64,000 nucleotides of DNA from Amphiscolops sp. MND2022 (Eukaryota). Position numbers and translations under genes: made by a program. Position 1 is the first letter of the stretch, and each line of letters starts with the position of its first letter. Of this stretch, positions 26,270 through 39,492 are shown one piece after another. The notes under the pieces are model-generated. The model worked only from the letters and a program-made list of their open reading frames with translations. It ran no database searches and was not told the DNA's origin. The DNA is taken from NCBI GenBank assembly GCA_964187785.1, contig OZ076409.1, forward strand, positions 43,216,001-43,280,000, in the 5' to 3' direction.

Positions 26270-26634
26270 GTTTTCTCAACTGTGCGATTTTTTCCAGAAA
26301 AATTTCGAATTTAAAAAAGGTTCCCCTTTGTTTTTTTGATATTTTTGGACAGGAAAAGCACTTTTAAGAACAAAGGCTTTTGCGGCATCGTGCGACTTTT
26401 TTGGAAAATTTCGCAAGAGAGTTTTTTGCTCTCCAATGTTTCTGGTGATAAAACAGGAAAAAAGCTTTGGTTTTTTGTATTTCTGGCCGTTTTAGGCCCA
26501 AATGGTCCCGCTTTGGAATTTTTCGGCACGGTGTATTCCAGAATTTTTCCAGGAAGATTCCTTGAGCCTTTGAAGTACTTTTGCTCTTTTTGAGTCTTGA
26601 GCAGGGCGCCAATTTATGCCGTTCCCGACTTATT
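26270..26634 (+). mobile_element. Truncated HINE-like element
   Basis: Ends GGGCGCCAATTTATGCCGTTCCCGACTTATT. Confidence 0.55.
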
Positions 26635-26737
26635 CTCCTTTATATGGATTTCATGTGTAACGTAGAGAATGAAAGTTCTATTTTTCATACAACAATCTTC
26701 TGTTATACTCAGCTTGTTAAAGTTAATTTTTCATCAG

Positions 26738-26906
26738 GTGCACAACAAATTTCTTACCTGTACGAAGGGTACGGAAACAGCAGCAACAACTACGGCAGTG
26801 ACTACACTTATCTACTGCCTGGCACTTACGGAAACTTCCTTCCGGGGGACTACGAGTTTGTGGTCAGACAAGGAGACGACGAGTTTCCCAGTACTCAGTC
26901 AGTTAG
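26738..26906 (+). CDS. Host gene internal exon
   Basis: TCATCAG|GT...GTTAG|GTACGA; phase 1/2; AQQISYLYEGYG...QSV. Confidence 0.75.
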
Positions 26907-27539
26907 GTACGAGGGTGTTCGACTGAAAGAAAATGACAAATTGATAGAAAAATCTCGAAATTTATTTTAAAATAGTTCATGCTGTAGTTTAATGGAGCTT
27001 TCTTCTTCCCGAGGTATATATTTAGTAAGTATACAACTTATATATAACTTAGGTGTACGCAGGGAAACCCATGTAGAACCGTCAAACTAATGTTAACAAA
27101 AACTTGACAGATCTCGCAATGGTTTTGAGTAAGATCTTGTCAACATCTTGGCATTACCAGGACGTCCATGTTTTCAAAACAAATTTGAAAGGAAGCGATG
27201 ATGCAGCCAAAGGTAGAAGAATTATTGGATTTCAGAAATCGTGCACCGACGTGTGGCTCTAAACTTGATTTTCAAAATTGCGCAGAAGTATCTCTTCGTC
27301 AGAAATTTAAATTTTTCTAAATTGTCGTCTTTTGGCAATTGTCTAAAAGTTTACTTCAACTTATTGTCGTATTTACCTCTCTAGTCACTGATCGTCTTTT
27401 CTTTTACAGAGTCTTCCGAACATTTCGAATATGTTGTTAAACTATATGTTGTTAGACTGAAAGTTTATCAAAAAAAGCCGCTTAGTTATTTTTAAAAAGG
27501 TTCAGTTTTTTGGTATTTCATTGAACACCCTGTAATTAG

Positions 27540-27722
27540 GTACCTGGATCTGGATTTGAGAGGCAGCCGCTTCTCCAGATCCGGTGTGGATGGATTGAGA
27601 GCTCTCCCGAGTCCGACGAAGACTTCCAGTCTTCTGACTGGAACCACGTTAGACGAGTCCAAATCAGTGCGAAGGAAGAGGTACAGTGCTAAAGCTACCC
27701 CTGATTACGCTTTAGAAAAAGG
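27540..27722 (+). CDS. Host gene internal exon
   Basis: AATTAG|G...AAAGG|GTAAGT; phase 2/2; open frame YLDLDLRG...ALEK. Confidence 0.8.
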
Positions 27723-28003
27723 GTAAGTTCTTGACGGGTGAAATTGGAATTTATAAAAATAATAAGTGTTTTGCGAAACAATAGCTTCAAAACCTGATAT
27801 ATATTTCTAAGGAAGTTTCATGGGTTCTTGAAGAATGTTTAAATTGTTGTTCCACGAGGAAAGTACTACAAGTAAAAATCTTGAAATACACATTTCAACT
27901 AGAGAAACTTTTACAGCCCTTAGACTAGTCTTTCATCAGATATATTGACTAAATCCAGTTATAGCTATGGTTTTAGTAACTATGACGTTTCTTTTTTCTA
28001 CAG

Positions 28004-28048
28004 GGATGACAAAGATTATTCTTATCTGGATTATTTGAACTTCTCTAG
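28004..28048 (+). CDS. Host gene internal exon (45 bp)
   Basis: TTTCTACAG|G...CTAG|GTATGT; phase 2/2; DDKDYSYLDYLNFS. Confidence 0.75.
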
Positions 28049-30348
28049 GTATGTTAGTCATAATCATATGGTTGTATTCATGTATATGCCAGCAAGTTTT
28101 CCTGTAGCTGTTTGTTGTATGTTTGCTAGTCGAGTGCTTGCTCCAATTTAACTCTCTGAAGGCTTTCGTAAACAGAGTGAAAATTTCGTAACCCTTTCAT
28201 TTAAACTGGCCCATTGAATTTCATTGATTCGAATTGTAGGTTAAAATTCAACAAAATTTATCCTAGGGACCTTTTTCAGTCTTAGAGCATGACAGATCCG
28301 GCCAGTTTTTCTCGATGACCATTGCCAATATTCAGTCATGACCCTTGCCATTAGTCAGACATTAACAAGAAAATTGATGCACTAATCTTGCTTATATAAA
28401 ATTGAAAATCAATAATTTTAAAACAGGAGAGAATGGAATTTGTGGCGTTTGGGTGTGCAATGTTCAAAAATGTGCCACCACTTCATGGATAATAGAATCG
28501 ATAATTTAAAAACATGTGACCTATCATAAATAATTGAACCAGATCGTAAAAGTAAATTTAGATATGAAGAATGTGGTATCTCAGGAGAGACTTGTCTAAA
28601 GAGAGAAAGCAATCGAATCAATTACTGAGCAACCGAATTTTATTTTTTTATTAGGACCGGTGATATCGTTACAAAAACTTGCATGAATTTTTCTAAAGTG
28701 TTCCTCTCATCTTTATCATCTCCCAGTTGTGACATGTTGCGAGTAGTTTATCCGAGAGTGTAACAAGTAATTGAAGTTCCTGTTGCGTTACCAATCATTG
28801 TCTGAAATGAACCCTCACGTTTGCAGGGTCCTTTGTTGTTTAGCCAGCATTCTGTGGTTTTTTGTAGCATGATTGAAATAAAATGGTTTCCAACTTTAAT
28901 GATGAAGACAAAACAGGTAGTCATGCAAAAAGTCATAACTTAGGTGCTAAGGTGCTAAGTGTAAGGCTCGCGAGCAATGTCTTTGATGCCGAGGCTTATT
29001 TAAGGGGCTAACAGCAACAAAAAATCATTGAAAATTCATGATAAAACCAAACTTTCAAAAACACCGCAACGTTTTGGTTAAAAAAGTAAACGTTTTCAGT
29101 TCTTTCGTATCGAAAGTTGTTTGTCCAGACGCTTGTGACATGCCTTATACGCCGGGTTACCAAAAATTTTCACAGCAAATTACCATCAAAATAACGAAAA
29201 ACAACCAGTTTTTAGCAACTTTGTATTCTGCTTTGGCCAAAAAGCACATCTACGACTACGAAACTTTTTTGAAAGCAATCTTCACCCACACACTTGGCTA
29301 ACTGATTTCTGTGGACATGATCACTTCGTCTCTAAAACCAGTTTCGAAATGAGTGGTGTTAGAAAGGTTCGTAGTAGGGAAAAATATGCATTTGAAATTT
29401 TCAAAACATTTTTCGGCCAAAATGTTGCTGAACAAAATTGGTTAAATATTAGTGAAGAGGTACCCATTAGAACGAAAAAATATCAAAATTTTGTTCAGAT
29501 AGATATCAAAATTTTGTTCAGATAGATATACAAGTAATTTTCGCAAGAGAAGAAAGCATGAATACGAACCCCTTTTTGCAAGTGTTCTTCCAGGATGTAG
29601 AAGTCTCTGACATACAGATTAAGTGTACATTGTTGTCACAACTTTCTTCAGCTTGACCTTACTGTGACAAAAGTGGAAAACAATGAAACACTTCGTCTTA
29701 CAAGTTATTACATTTCGCCCGACAAAAGTGCAAAGCGAAAAAGTCAGCAATTTTTGAAAAATGCCTAAAAAAGCGTGATATACTAGTTTTTACAGAAAGA
29801 AAATTTTAGTCATCATCCTCATCTTCGTAATATATGGTTGACGCTATAAACTTTTTCGAACAATTTTTTAGAGTAATAATTTTTTTTAGATATTTGTCGA
29901 AATATTTCTAGAGAAACAAACGCGAACCAATCATAGGTTGGAGGAATAAGGATTCAAAGAAAACATCAAAAATGACACAAGTTTTTGCATAAGATCTCAG
30001 GAAGGCAAAACTGTTAAAAAACGGTCGTTGTTTTGGCTTTGTAACATCATTTGACCTACAAAAAATTCAAAGACAAAGGTATTTTAGGCAATGTTCAACT
30101 TTTTTTTGAAATTTTGTTAGTTTCTCGAAAATCTCCTTCGGTTTCTATGACTTAAGTTTAGAAAAAAATTTTCCTGAGACCAAAAGGTTTTTTTTGAAGT
30201 TTTTTGGAACTGTGACATTCTTGAGATTTTTTTCGGAAACATTTTGGAGCGCAGACCTATGCCGTTCTCGGCTTATTTAGCATACAAAGTTCTTTCGTTT
30301 TTCCGTTGCATGTAGGTTTCTTACAATAACCCGTTGTTCTATATTTAG

Positions 30349-30538
30349 CGATAGCACCTCGAAATCTGGCAGCAAGAAACCTCTGGGTTCTGACTTCTCC
30401 AGACCATTTGGACTGGATGCAGCAGAATTGGACCCACTGAGTCCTGATTACTTCCAGACTGTGAGTGTCGATCTTCGCAGACATAAGCTGACCCAAGGAG
30501 GAAAAGATATTTATCCGAGAATTGTTCTGCCAAAAAAG
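30349..30538 (+). CDS. Host gene internal exon preceding the 21-kb intron
   Basis: ATTTAG|C...AAG|GTAAGA; phase 2/0; DSTSKSG...IVLPKK. Confidence 0.8.
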
Positions 30539-31495
30539 GTAAGATTCTGTTTTCATATTTTCCAATTACCCGATCAAAATTGTCAGTTGACTCCTCCGGT
30601 GACCTTCTAATGCTCTTCTTGAGAAAGACAATTGTCTCTTTCTACTGTTTTGACAAACTTTCCTCATCAAAGATCATCTTTGCCATGTCGCCAAAATAAT
30701 AAAAATTGAAAAATTCCCTATGAAGAGCTGCCGCAGTTTATGATGAGTCTTTCAGATGGATTTTAAAATGCAAAAAGTTATCTGAAATTGCGTTGAACTG
30801 TGTTAATGAAAATTGCCAAAAAGTCCGTGGATTAGATGGCACCGCATTGTTATCAGGGAAATCGCAAGTAAACTGTGCGTCTTGTCACTAATGCTTCATG
30901 AATGAGAATGGAAAAAAACAATCTGAGCTGCCATTTTGACCCCTGTTCTTTCAGAAACTATTTTTCACTGCTTGTAAACTCTTAAACACTTGAAGCGTCA
31001 AGCAGGCGTTTACTGAATGAAAAACAGTCGCTTAAAACTAATTGTTCATCTTGCTCGAGAGTTTCACGAGTCGTTTGAAAGCACTGGTTGATTAATATGT
31101 GTTGATTATCAATTTGCCTGAAATATCCCAATAATGAATTATTAGTACATAATATATTGATTGCTACACACAAGTTTTCATCAAAAGACGTCCGTTGAGT
31201 ACCGGGATACTTTTCGCCCAATATTTTCCAAACAACATGTCTTTAGGGCTCAAGAGAGTTTGAAAATAGCTCAATTTTTCAAATTGGAGATCACATGTGA
31301 CACTTCTCTTTTGATGAAGTTGTCCTGATTTTTTGAAACAAAGAAGAGTTGCTTGAGTATCAAGAACGTAGCCCAAGTAATCAATCATTCACAATATCAT
31401 TATTGTGGAAAAGTTTACTTCCATTTTAAAAACTAACGTAATATAAAACTGCAAAAATAGGTTCAAAAAGTCATTGAATGAGTTAAGTGTATTAA

Positions 31496-31500
31496 TGAGA
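31496..31500 (+). other. Target-site duplication TGAGA (partner at 47502-47506)
   Basis: Identical 5-mer immediately flanking both ends of the element. Confidence 0.95.
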
Positions 31501-32994
31501 TGTCGGAGGCTGCCGCCTGCGACGGTCTACTATATCAGATCACCCCTGAAGATGACTCAAACGCTCCCGGCCCAGGTGTCCTTCCAATATAGGCAGAACT
31601 CAGAACTCAATTAAAACATTCACGAATACCATTATTTTAATATACATGTCAATATCTTACTGTTTCGTTGCTTAATTTAGTCACTGTGCGAATTTACTTT
31701 ATATGTTGTGACCTAAGGTCAGCCCGACGGCAAACGCCTACTTGTATTTTACCGTCATAAATGGCATGTAGCATTACTCACGATAAACCCCACCTGTTGT
31801 GAACTAGTATTTCACGCAGACCTGTAGTAAATTGTTTGTTGCTATTGATAAAGTTGGATTAATGATTAATCGATTGATGCTGTAAGCTGACAATGTACAG
31901 GAAACGCGTTCAACTGGTACAGCGTTGCCGTCAAGTTGACGCGTGGTCCGAACTACTTTTGACCAATCATATTGCAGTAACCAGTATTATACTGCCGCCA
32001 CAATGACCATTGGTCCATTCAGCTTAATATCATTTTGGACGCATGTATTGTTGCTGTTAACATGTAGCTATTAGAATCAAATTGTTGTTGTTGCTATTTA
32101 TAGTTAATAGGGCAAATGACGTAAGGTTAATTTGACCCTATTAGTCTATTTTTAGAAGATGCTATTTTAGACAATGACATCATGACTATTTTTGATAAAT
32201 GACACCCTAAATATTGAGCGTCATGCAGTAGTTAGTATATATATGTACGTTTCCAATAATAGGGGATTCATTCAATACACTTACAATCACACCGTTCACA
32301 TTACCGCGATATCCAATTCATTGTTGAAATCTGAAATTCTTTATTGCTATGCCTTCAACAAGAAAACAAAAGGCAAAAGAGAAACGCCCCAGACACTCTG
32401 ACGTAATGTCAGATATTGAAAATTTAGGCGTAATGCTGGGAAATTACACCCATGATGAAAATAGAGATCAAGAAGCCATTGATCAGAGAGGAATTGACCC
32501 TGAGTCAGAAAGACGGCAACAGACCTTAGATCAAAGTGAGACAAACTATAGATCACTCCTAAACACTAATTTGAGTGAAAACAGTGAAATTACCGCTGAG
32601 ACTAGTAGAATGATAAACTCAGAAATTTCATCACAAATGTCAAGGAAAATAGAGGAGATGAAATCAGACTTAAATTCCCATATTTTGGAGGTTATAAATT
32701 CAGCAATTGAGGAAAGGATATTGCCAAGCATTGAAAACGTGATTTCAAGCAATAGGGAAGCTAAAAATACAAAATGGGACCTTTGGTCAGATGGACGGCA
32801 TCCGGATAGAAACATTCAGATGACTCAAAATTCAGACCTTGAGTCACACGGACGGCATAAAAGTAAATTTTGCCAACAGGTCCAGGACTCAGGTGAGGAC
32901 TTTCCTAAATTAATCGGAACTTCTAGTAACCAGAATAATCACCGTAGGGAGAATTTAGTAGATTTTGAACAAAGTGATGATGAAGGTTACGACA
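31501..32994 (+). repeat. 5' LTR (1494 bp)
   Basis: TGTCGGAGG...GGTTACGACA. Aligns with 46015-47501 with roughly a dozen substitutions and two small indels (5 and 2 bp) by eye. Confidence 0.97.
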
Positions 32995-33006
32995 TGGTGA
33001 CAGGAG
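32995..33006 (+). promoter_or_regulatory. Primer-binding site, probably tRNA-Leu-like, lying inside the gag reading frame
   Basis: TGGTGACAGGAG directly after the LTR-terminal CA. TGG is complementary to tRNA CCA, and the site resembles TGGTGTCAGGAG, the complement of metazoan tRNA-Leu 3' ends (from memory). Confidence 0.75.
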
Positions 33007-34133
33007 CCAACCTTACCCCACATTTGGTCCCCGAATTCCTGACCGGACGGCCCATGCAATCTCGAAACACTATTCCCCTTCCAAATCCTAGCACTGACGA
33101 TACGCTGGAAACAACCCTCCCAGCTCAGCAAAATCCGATTTCAATCAACACTCACGAGAACACTCCGCCAACCTCCAGTCGACCCCATCAACCGTCTTGC
33201 AGATGTCATTATGGGGATGAACACGAAACAACCATCACAAACTCTGATGGTACGCCCAGTCAGTACGACCACACTGACGTTTGACGGGAAATCTGAAAAG
33301 TTCGAACTGTTCGAAGATCTTTTTCACACGATGATAAAGATGCAACCGGACATGACGGAAACAATGAAAATCAACCATTTTCACTCTCTGTTGCGCAAAA
33401 ACGCGCTACAGACCTTTCGCAACATCAATTCAACCAACAGACAAACCCTAGAGGACATACTAGCAGTCTTCCGTAGGAAATATGTCAAACCCGAATCTCA
33501 GGCAACTGCCAAACACAAATGGCACAAATTGGTATTTGATCCAAATACCATGAAATTGCCTGATTTCCTCGAAGAACTTAACCAAGGTGCTGAAAAAGCC
33601 TTTGGGGAACATGCCCAAGCACAGATTGATAGTTTGCTCTATGCTAAACTACCACCTAAACTGAAACGTTCAGTTAACATGGCGCGACTTGAAAACGCCA
33701 CGTATGAAGAGATTGTCACACATCTCGAACGAGAATTAGAACTGAATGGACTTGAGGAAGGTGACGACATTCACGTCCCCACAATGTCCACTGCCCCCAC
33801 AGCAACACGACCGGGAACTGGTCTCCTTTCATCCGGCATCGACCCAAACATTACTTGCAATTATTGCAAAAAACCTGGGCACGTCAAAGATGACTGCCGC
33901 AAACTCAAAAGAAAGGAGGAACAAAAGCGCAACGGCGGACACGATACGAAGGAAGAATATCCCAAATGTCCAACTTGCGACAAAACGAATCACCCGGCGG
34001 AACGGTGTTGGAAAGGCACTGGAGCCCACCTCAAGCCCAAAAACCTCAAATTGGATAATTCCAAAACCGAGGAAACTCCCATGAGTCAAGATGACTCCAA
34101 TAACAAACCCACTACTTCTTTTCTCAAAAATTC

Positions 34134-34140
34134 AAAAAAC
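34134..34140 (+). promoter_or_regulatory. -1 ribosomal frameshift slippery heptamer A AAA AAC at the gag-pol junction
   Basis: X XXY YYZ heptamer in gag phase directly before the gag TAG. pol continues in the -1 frame (CTA GAT TTG CCA...). Confidence 0.8.
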
Positions 34141-37100
34141 TAGATTTGCCACGATTCCAGATTAATGAAAAACTACGCGTCAGACAATATATCATATCTG
34201 ACCCTCCTACTACCTATTATACAGAATATTATTCCTCCATTAAAGAAAATTCATCAGCTGACTGGCAGCAGCAGGTGAAACAAACTCCTACCAATTTACA
34301 CAATTTGGACCTTCAGTCCAATAGACAGCACTCTCACACTATGACTATCCGCACTCTTCCCCTCATAGATAACTATAATGCCTATTATCCCGACCCAGAC
34401 TTTGGTTTCGACCCCTATTGGGACGTTCAAATCTACAACCAACATCATCTACACTTCTACAAAAACTTCACCAAAAATGCTGCAGATATCGAACCTGATC
34501 AACATCATATTGATCAATTACTGCATACCAAACTATCCATGGCCTCTGTGGGCCCCTGGCAAAAGGGGCAAACTAACAACCACCCACCAATCCAGGAAGA
34601 TATCACACAAGAACTTCCACACCACGGACCTTTGGTCACATTGACGGCAACAGTGGAAGAACGCTATGTGAACACACTGATCTCACGAAATGGTGAACCT
34701 GACTATGTCCCGTTGACAACCAACTTGGGGCTCAAATATAAACGACGCATGCTCTACTTTCCAATGGATTTCGGCGAACTAACATTAGATGGCCTTGTAG
34801 ACACGGGAGCCCTATCTAGCGCGATCCCAGAAGCTGATCTACGTAAAATCCGATTACTAGCCCCTCGGTCCATAATTAAAGAGGGCCCAGCACCCAACTT
34901 CCAAATTATGGTAGCTAATGGACAGCTGGAGAATCCAAAGAGCACCGTTGAACTCAAATTCGAGGTTGGGGACATCGATTTCCATGAGATCTTCATTGTT
35001 ATGGAAAAACTTACAAGTCCGCTCATTGGTCTCTCGTTCCTGCAACGGAACAATACCATATTGGACATGCGACAGGGAATCTTAAACTTTCCATTCTTTT
35101 CCATGCAATTAAAAACAGCTGACCATAAGTACACCAATGTCATGGAACCTATCTGTGCCCGGGAGGATATAACTATTCCCCCCAATGACAGACATATGGT
35201 CTCCATGTCCTCACAACTATATGACGACACAAACGTCACCGGAATCCTTCAACCGAGCAATGACCTCGCAGAAGATGGTGACATAACCTTCTGCGCTGCT
35301 CTCGTCACACTGACCCAAGGTCAGGTATCGATCCATGTCAACAATTTCACTGACCAGCCATACACCATCAAAAGAGGTTCGCACATTGCAAATTTCTCTG
35401 TTCTCACCCCAGAACAAATGAAATACGTCAAACCCATTGACCCAGTAACCACCTGGCACTTTTTGAAAGATAATCCGGAAAATGCTGCATACTATGCCAG
35501 TAGCCTCATCAAATCCCCGAAAAATAGCGAAGACAGTGAGAACTATTGGTTCCCGACTCCAGAAGAACCAGGGGACCCTCAAACGCATACACCAATACAA
35601 CAAAGAATCCTCAGGGAATTACGAAGCCTCCAGGATTTAGAGAAACTCAACCCCCAGGACGACCCTGAGTCCAGGAAACAGTTTCTTGCTAACTTTGACT
35701 GGACTGACTCAACGCTAAATCCGGTTGAAATTGCCCAAATTGAGGAATTACTCGTCGAAATTCACGACATTTTTGCAAGGCACCGCTTTGATATAGGAAT
35801 GAGCGAGGACTTCAAAGTCACATTGACCCCAAAAGACGACTCTCCCGCCTACAGTCAAAGCCTACCTACCCCTATCAACCTCAAAGAAGACATTCTTGTT
35901 GAATTAGCATTACTCCACCGCTATGGGATCATAACAACACTTCCGTTTTCCAAATATGCGAGCCCCATTTTTGCCCAGAAAAAACCTAATGGCAAATTAC
36001 GACTTTTGGTTGACCTCCGAAAAATCAACAATTTGATCTCCGACGATTATATCAACAACAACCATCCTGTCAGCACATTAACGGATGCAGCGCAACACAT
36101 GGCAGGCAAACGATTATTTTGCAAGCTCGACTGTTCTCAGGCATACCACTGTCTGCAGATGGCGGACCAAAGGTCCATAGAGATGTTGGCATTCAATTTC
36201 GCCAGTAGAACCTTTGCCTATCGCCGACTTGCGCAAGGTCTGAGCCGAGCCCTATCAGCTTTCTCTAGTTTTATGCGTGAATACCTGGATAAAGTGATTA
36301 AAGCGGATCAATGGGCCCAATATGTCGATGACATTGGGATTGCCGCCAACAGTGCCACTCAACTCATCAACAACTTGCGAGCAACATTTGCATGCATCAG
36401 GACCGCGGGTCTCAAATTAACGATGCACAAATGTCACTTCGGAGCCAAATAAATTGACTTCCTGGGACGCACCATCACTCCTGAGGGAGTGCGGCCGCAA
36501 CGACCCAGAGTCCAAAACTTTCTGGAGAAAACGAAATTTCCGAAATCCAAAAAAGCTCTACAACGATATTTTGGATTTTTAAACTACTACCGCAATTACA
36601 TTCCACGGCTCTCTGAAAAGCTAACACCATTCTTCAAGCTGTTGAAAAATGATGCCAAAGTCATGGTGACCCCTGAACTGTTAGAACAATTCATCGAGAT
36701 CAACAAAGCTCTTGACCGATGTTGTGAACTCGCACTCAAACAACCTCTGCCCAACAAACAGATAGCCCTGATGACTGATGCTAGTTTTTCGGCAGCAGGT
36801 TATGCAGTTCTCATCGAGGATGATCCAATGGAAAAATATAGTTCAACGCGCAAAGCCTTTGCACCAGTAGCATATGGATCCAAGACCTTTAGTCCCGCCC
36901 AGCTGAAAATGTCCATCTATGCGAAAGAATTCTTAGCAATATTCTTTGCCTTCAAGGAGTTTGGACACATCTTCTGGGGGACCCCGACACCGGTGATCAT
37001 TCTAACAGACAACAAATCAGTCAATCGCTTTTTTCAGACGAAAATTATTCCACCAACGCTATGGAACGCGTGTGACTATGTTATTCAGTTCAGCTTCACG

Positions 37101-39307
37101 ATTGACCATATACCAGGGAAAAACAATACTGCTGCAGATTATTTGTCCCGTCTCGAAATCTGTCCTAAAGAAAAACTTGTACTCCGCATACGAGAGGACA
37201 TTCCAACTACACCCATTGAACTCAATGTCCAATCAGCGGGAGTGACCGAAGAGGACCAGATATTCTACACGGACGACGAAGAAGAAACTGAGGAACAATT
37301 ATGGCAACGAAAAAAGGAAGCCAGGTCAAATCCTACAAACCAACTACCTGATATTACATTGGACAAACTCAGTCTACATAAAAGTACCCAAATCCAAACA
37401 CCAACTTTGCAAAAACTAGCGAAACCAATCACCATGGCTATTGAACAAAACAATGACATCACATTGCAACAACTACGCCTCAAATTACAAAAAGAAGAAT
37501 ACTCTGAAACCATCTTACAGCAGGATCCACGTTACCGACATTACTGCCGTCAACTTGACCGTCTGTCCGTTCATGAAGATATCATCTACAGAGACTATTA
37601 TGACGAAACCGGCAATGTCCAATTTCGCCAAGTGCTATTACCGAAACACCTTGTCACTGAATTACTTCAATCCTTACACGGCACTGCAAACAAACATCCA
37701 GGAATTTCCAAAATGCTTCATGAGATACGTCAAAAATACTTTTACCCTGGCGTTGCAAAAATTGTCAAAAAATGGGTCCAAGGGTGCGAAATCTGCATCC
37801 GAGACAAACGAATTGCCAACGCATCAATAACACCCGAATTACTGAATTTGCCAGAATGGGACCTAGGTCCGGAAGACGCCTTACAAATAGACCTGTTACC
37901 GAACCTCCCACCCAGTGGAGGATATGAAAACATCATAACAGCTTTAGACGTCTTCTCCCGATACCTTTCTGCATATCCTGTAACGGACGCGTCGGCAATC
38001 AGTACAGCAAAAGTTCTCATTGACATTATGACCCGACACACGTATCTACCAACGACACTTATCACAGATAAAGGAACGGCTTTTACGTCTCGCGTAGTAA
38101 CAGAAGTAGCAAAAATTTTGGGCATAACACTTCAATGTGCGACCACAAAACATCCTCAGACCATAGGTAAACTAGAGAGAACCCATGCCAGCCTTAAAGG
38201 AAACCTCAAAATGGCATCAGGAGAGTACAGGCGCCAGTGGCATAAATACCTCCCTCTGGCTGTCCTTAATTACAATACAACCTACCACTCTAGCCTAGGT
38301 TGCGAGCCATCTAGAATTTTTCATGGCAGAGTGCCTTATAACATCCTGGACCATCGGTTAGGTTTGAACCCCAATCCAAAAATCATACCAACAACCGACT
38401 TTGCTGAAGAACTACAACGTCGCACTCAAATCCTTATTGATAAAACAAAGAAAACATTATGCAATCATACTTAAAGTACAAAGACTATTACGATCGGAAG
38501 GCTAAAGCAGCTCCCCTACAACAAGGAGATTTTTGCTTCATTTTACAGCCACTAGCAGATCATCAGGGTTCTAAAATCCCATTTCGAGAATTTCGATGGA
38601 TCGGACCATATGTCATCGAAAAAGTCCTTCCTAACGAGAATTACATAGTGCGCAAACTTAATTCTAACAAAACGCAGATTTTACACCGCATACGCCTTAG
38701 GAAATATACTCCAAATACTACATTACAAGATACTCGCCCTGAAGGAAATTTACAAGCCGATGATGAAATTATTATCCCACAAGACGACCTGTACGTTATT
38801 TCTTGGGAAAGCAATTTTGATGATTTCCCTCCTACTACTGAACAGCAAATCATTCCTAACGATTCTCCTACTAATTTTGATGAACAAGACGCTATAATCA
38901 CAGATTTGGACCTTCGGTCCACGCGGCGGCAAGAAAATACTGACGTTGCGGATTCTGACTCACACTCGCGTGAAGTAGCTGACGCGGACCTTCGGTCCGC
39001 GCGACGGCAAACCAATACTGAAGCTGACACTTCTGAACAATGCTCGCGTGACCTAACTAATAATGACCGTCAGTCCACGCGACGGCAACAAAGTACTGAA
39101 TTTGAAAACGATGAAATAGTTAACCAAGACTCGCCTGTTGATGAAAATTCTGATTTTTCAACTTATAGGGGCAGTGATACAACCGTGCCCGGTGTATTAA
39201 ACGAAGAAACTGATGATTGTGTTGTAGAAAACGAAAGTCCTAGGGGAGGGAAATATAACCTACGCCCCAATCCTACCCCCAACTTTACTGATGAATACAG
39301 ATACTAG
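34140..39307 (+). pseudogene. pol: pol polyprotein (PR, dUTPase-like insert, RT, RNase H, integrase, GPY/F); in-frame TAA at 36450-36452 and frameshift near 38455
   Basis: PR: LVDTGA. RT: LRLLVDLRKIN, LDCSQAY, QYVDD. RNase H: TDAS, EFLAI, TDNKS, ADYLSR. INT: H-x5-H...CEIC, LQIDLL, ITDKGTAF, GKLERTH. GPY/F: RWIGPYVI. Confidence 0.96.
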
Positions 39308-39492
39308 ACAGAAAATGTAAATTCACTGGCCTGACATATCTTTTCTGATGTTTTAATCATTTGCTAGGCCCAGACTGTCTTTTTACCTTGGTGTCACAAA
39401 ATGACACGATTATATAAATAGAAAGACTCAAAACTGCTAACAAACGAAAGATTATATAAATACAACTAAGAACAAATGTACATATGGTACAA

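Larger units (their letters stand above)
32349..34143 (+). pseudogene. gag: gag, starting within the LTR; split into two overlapping frames (32349-33284 and 33211-34143) by a probable 1-bp lesion near 33170-33210
   Basis: Capsid-like helical region (FDGKSEKFELFEDLF...) and two CX2CX4HX4C knuckles, CNYCKKPGHVKDDC and CPTCDKTNHPAERC. Confidence 0.9.

Noticed and set aside
30980..31400. Possible MULE transposase remnant (CTNNSLLGYF resembles RTNNxxEG)
   Set aside because: Single weak motif in broken frames; insufficient to call.
36450..36452. Programmed stop-codon readthrough in pol
   Set aside because: The TAA lies inside the conserved RT thumb region (K-x-IDFLG); a point mutation is simpler.
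34754..39030. Minus-strand ORFs opposite pol
   Set aside because: Antisense shadows of the pol frame with no motifs or splice support.
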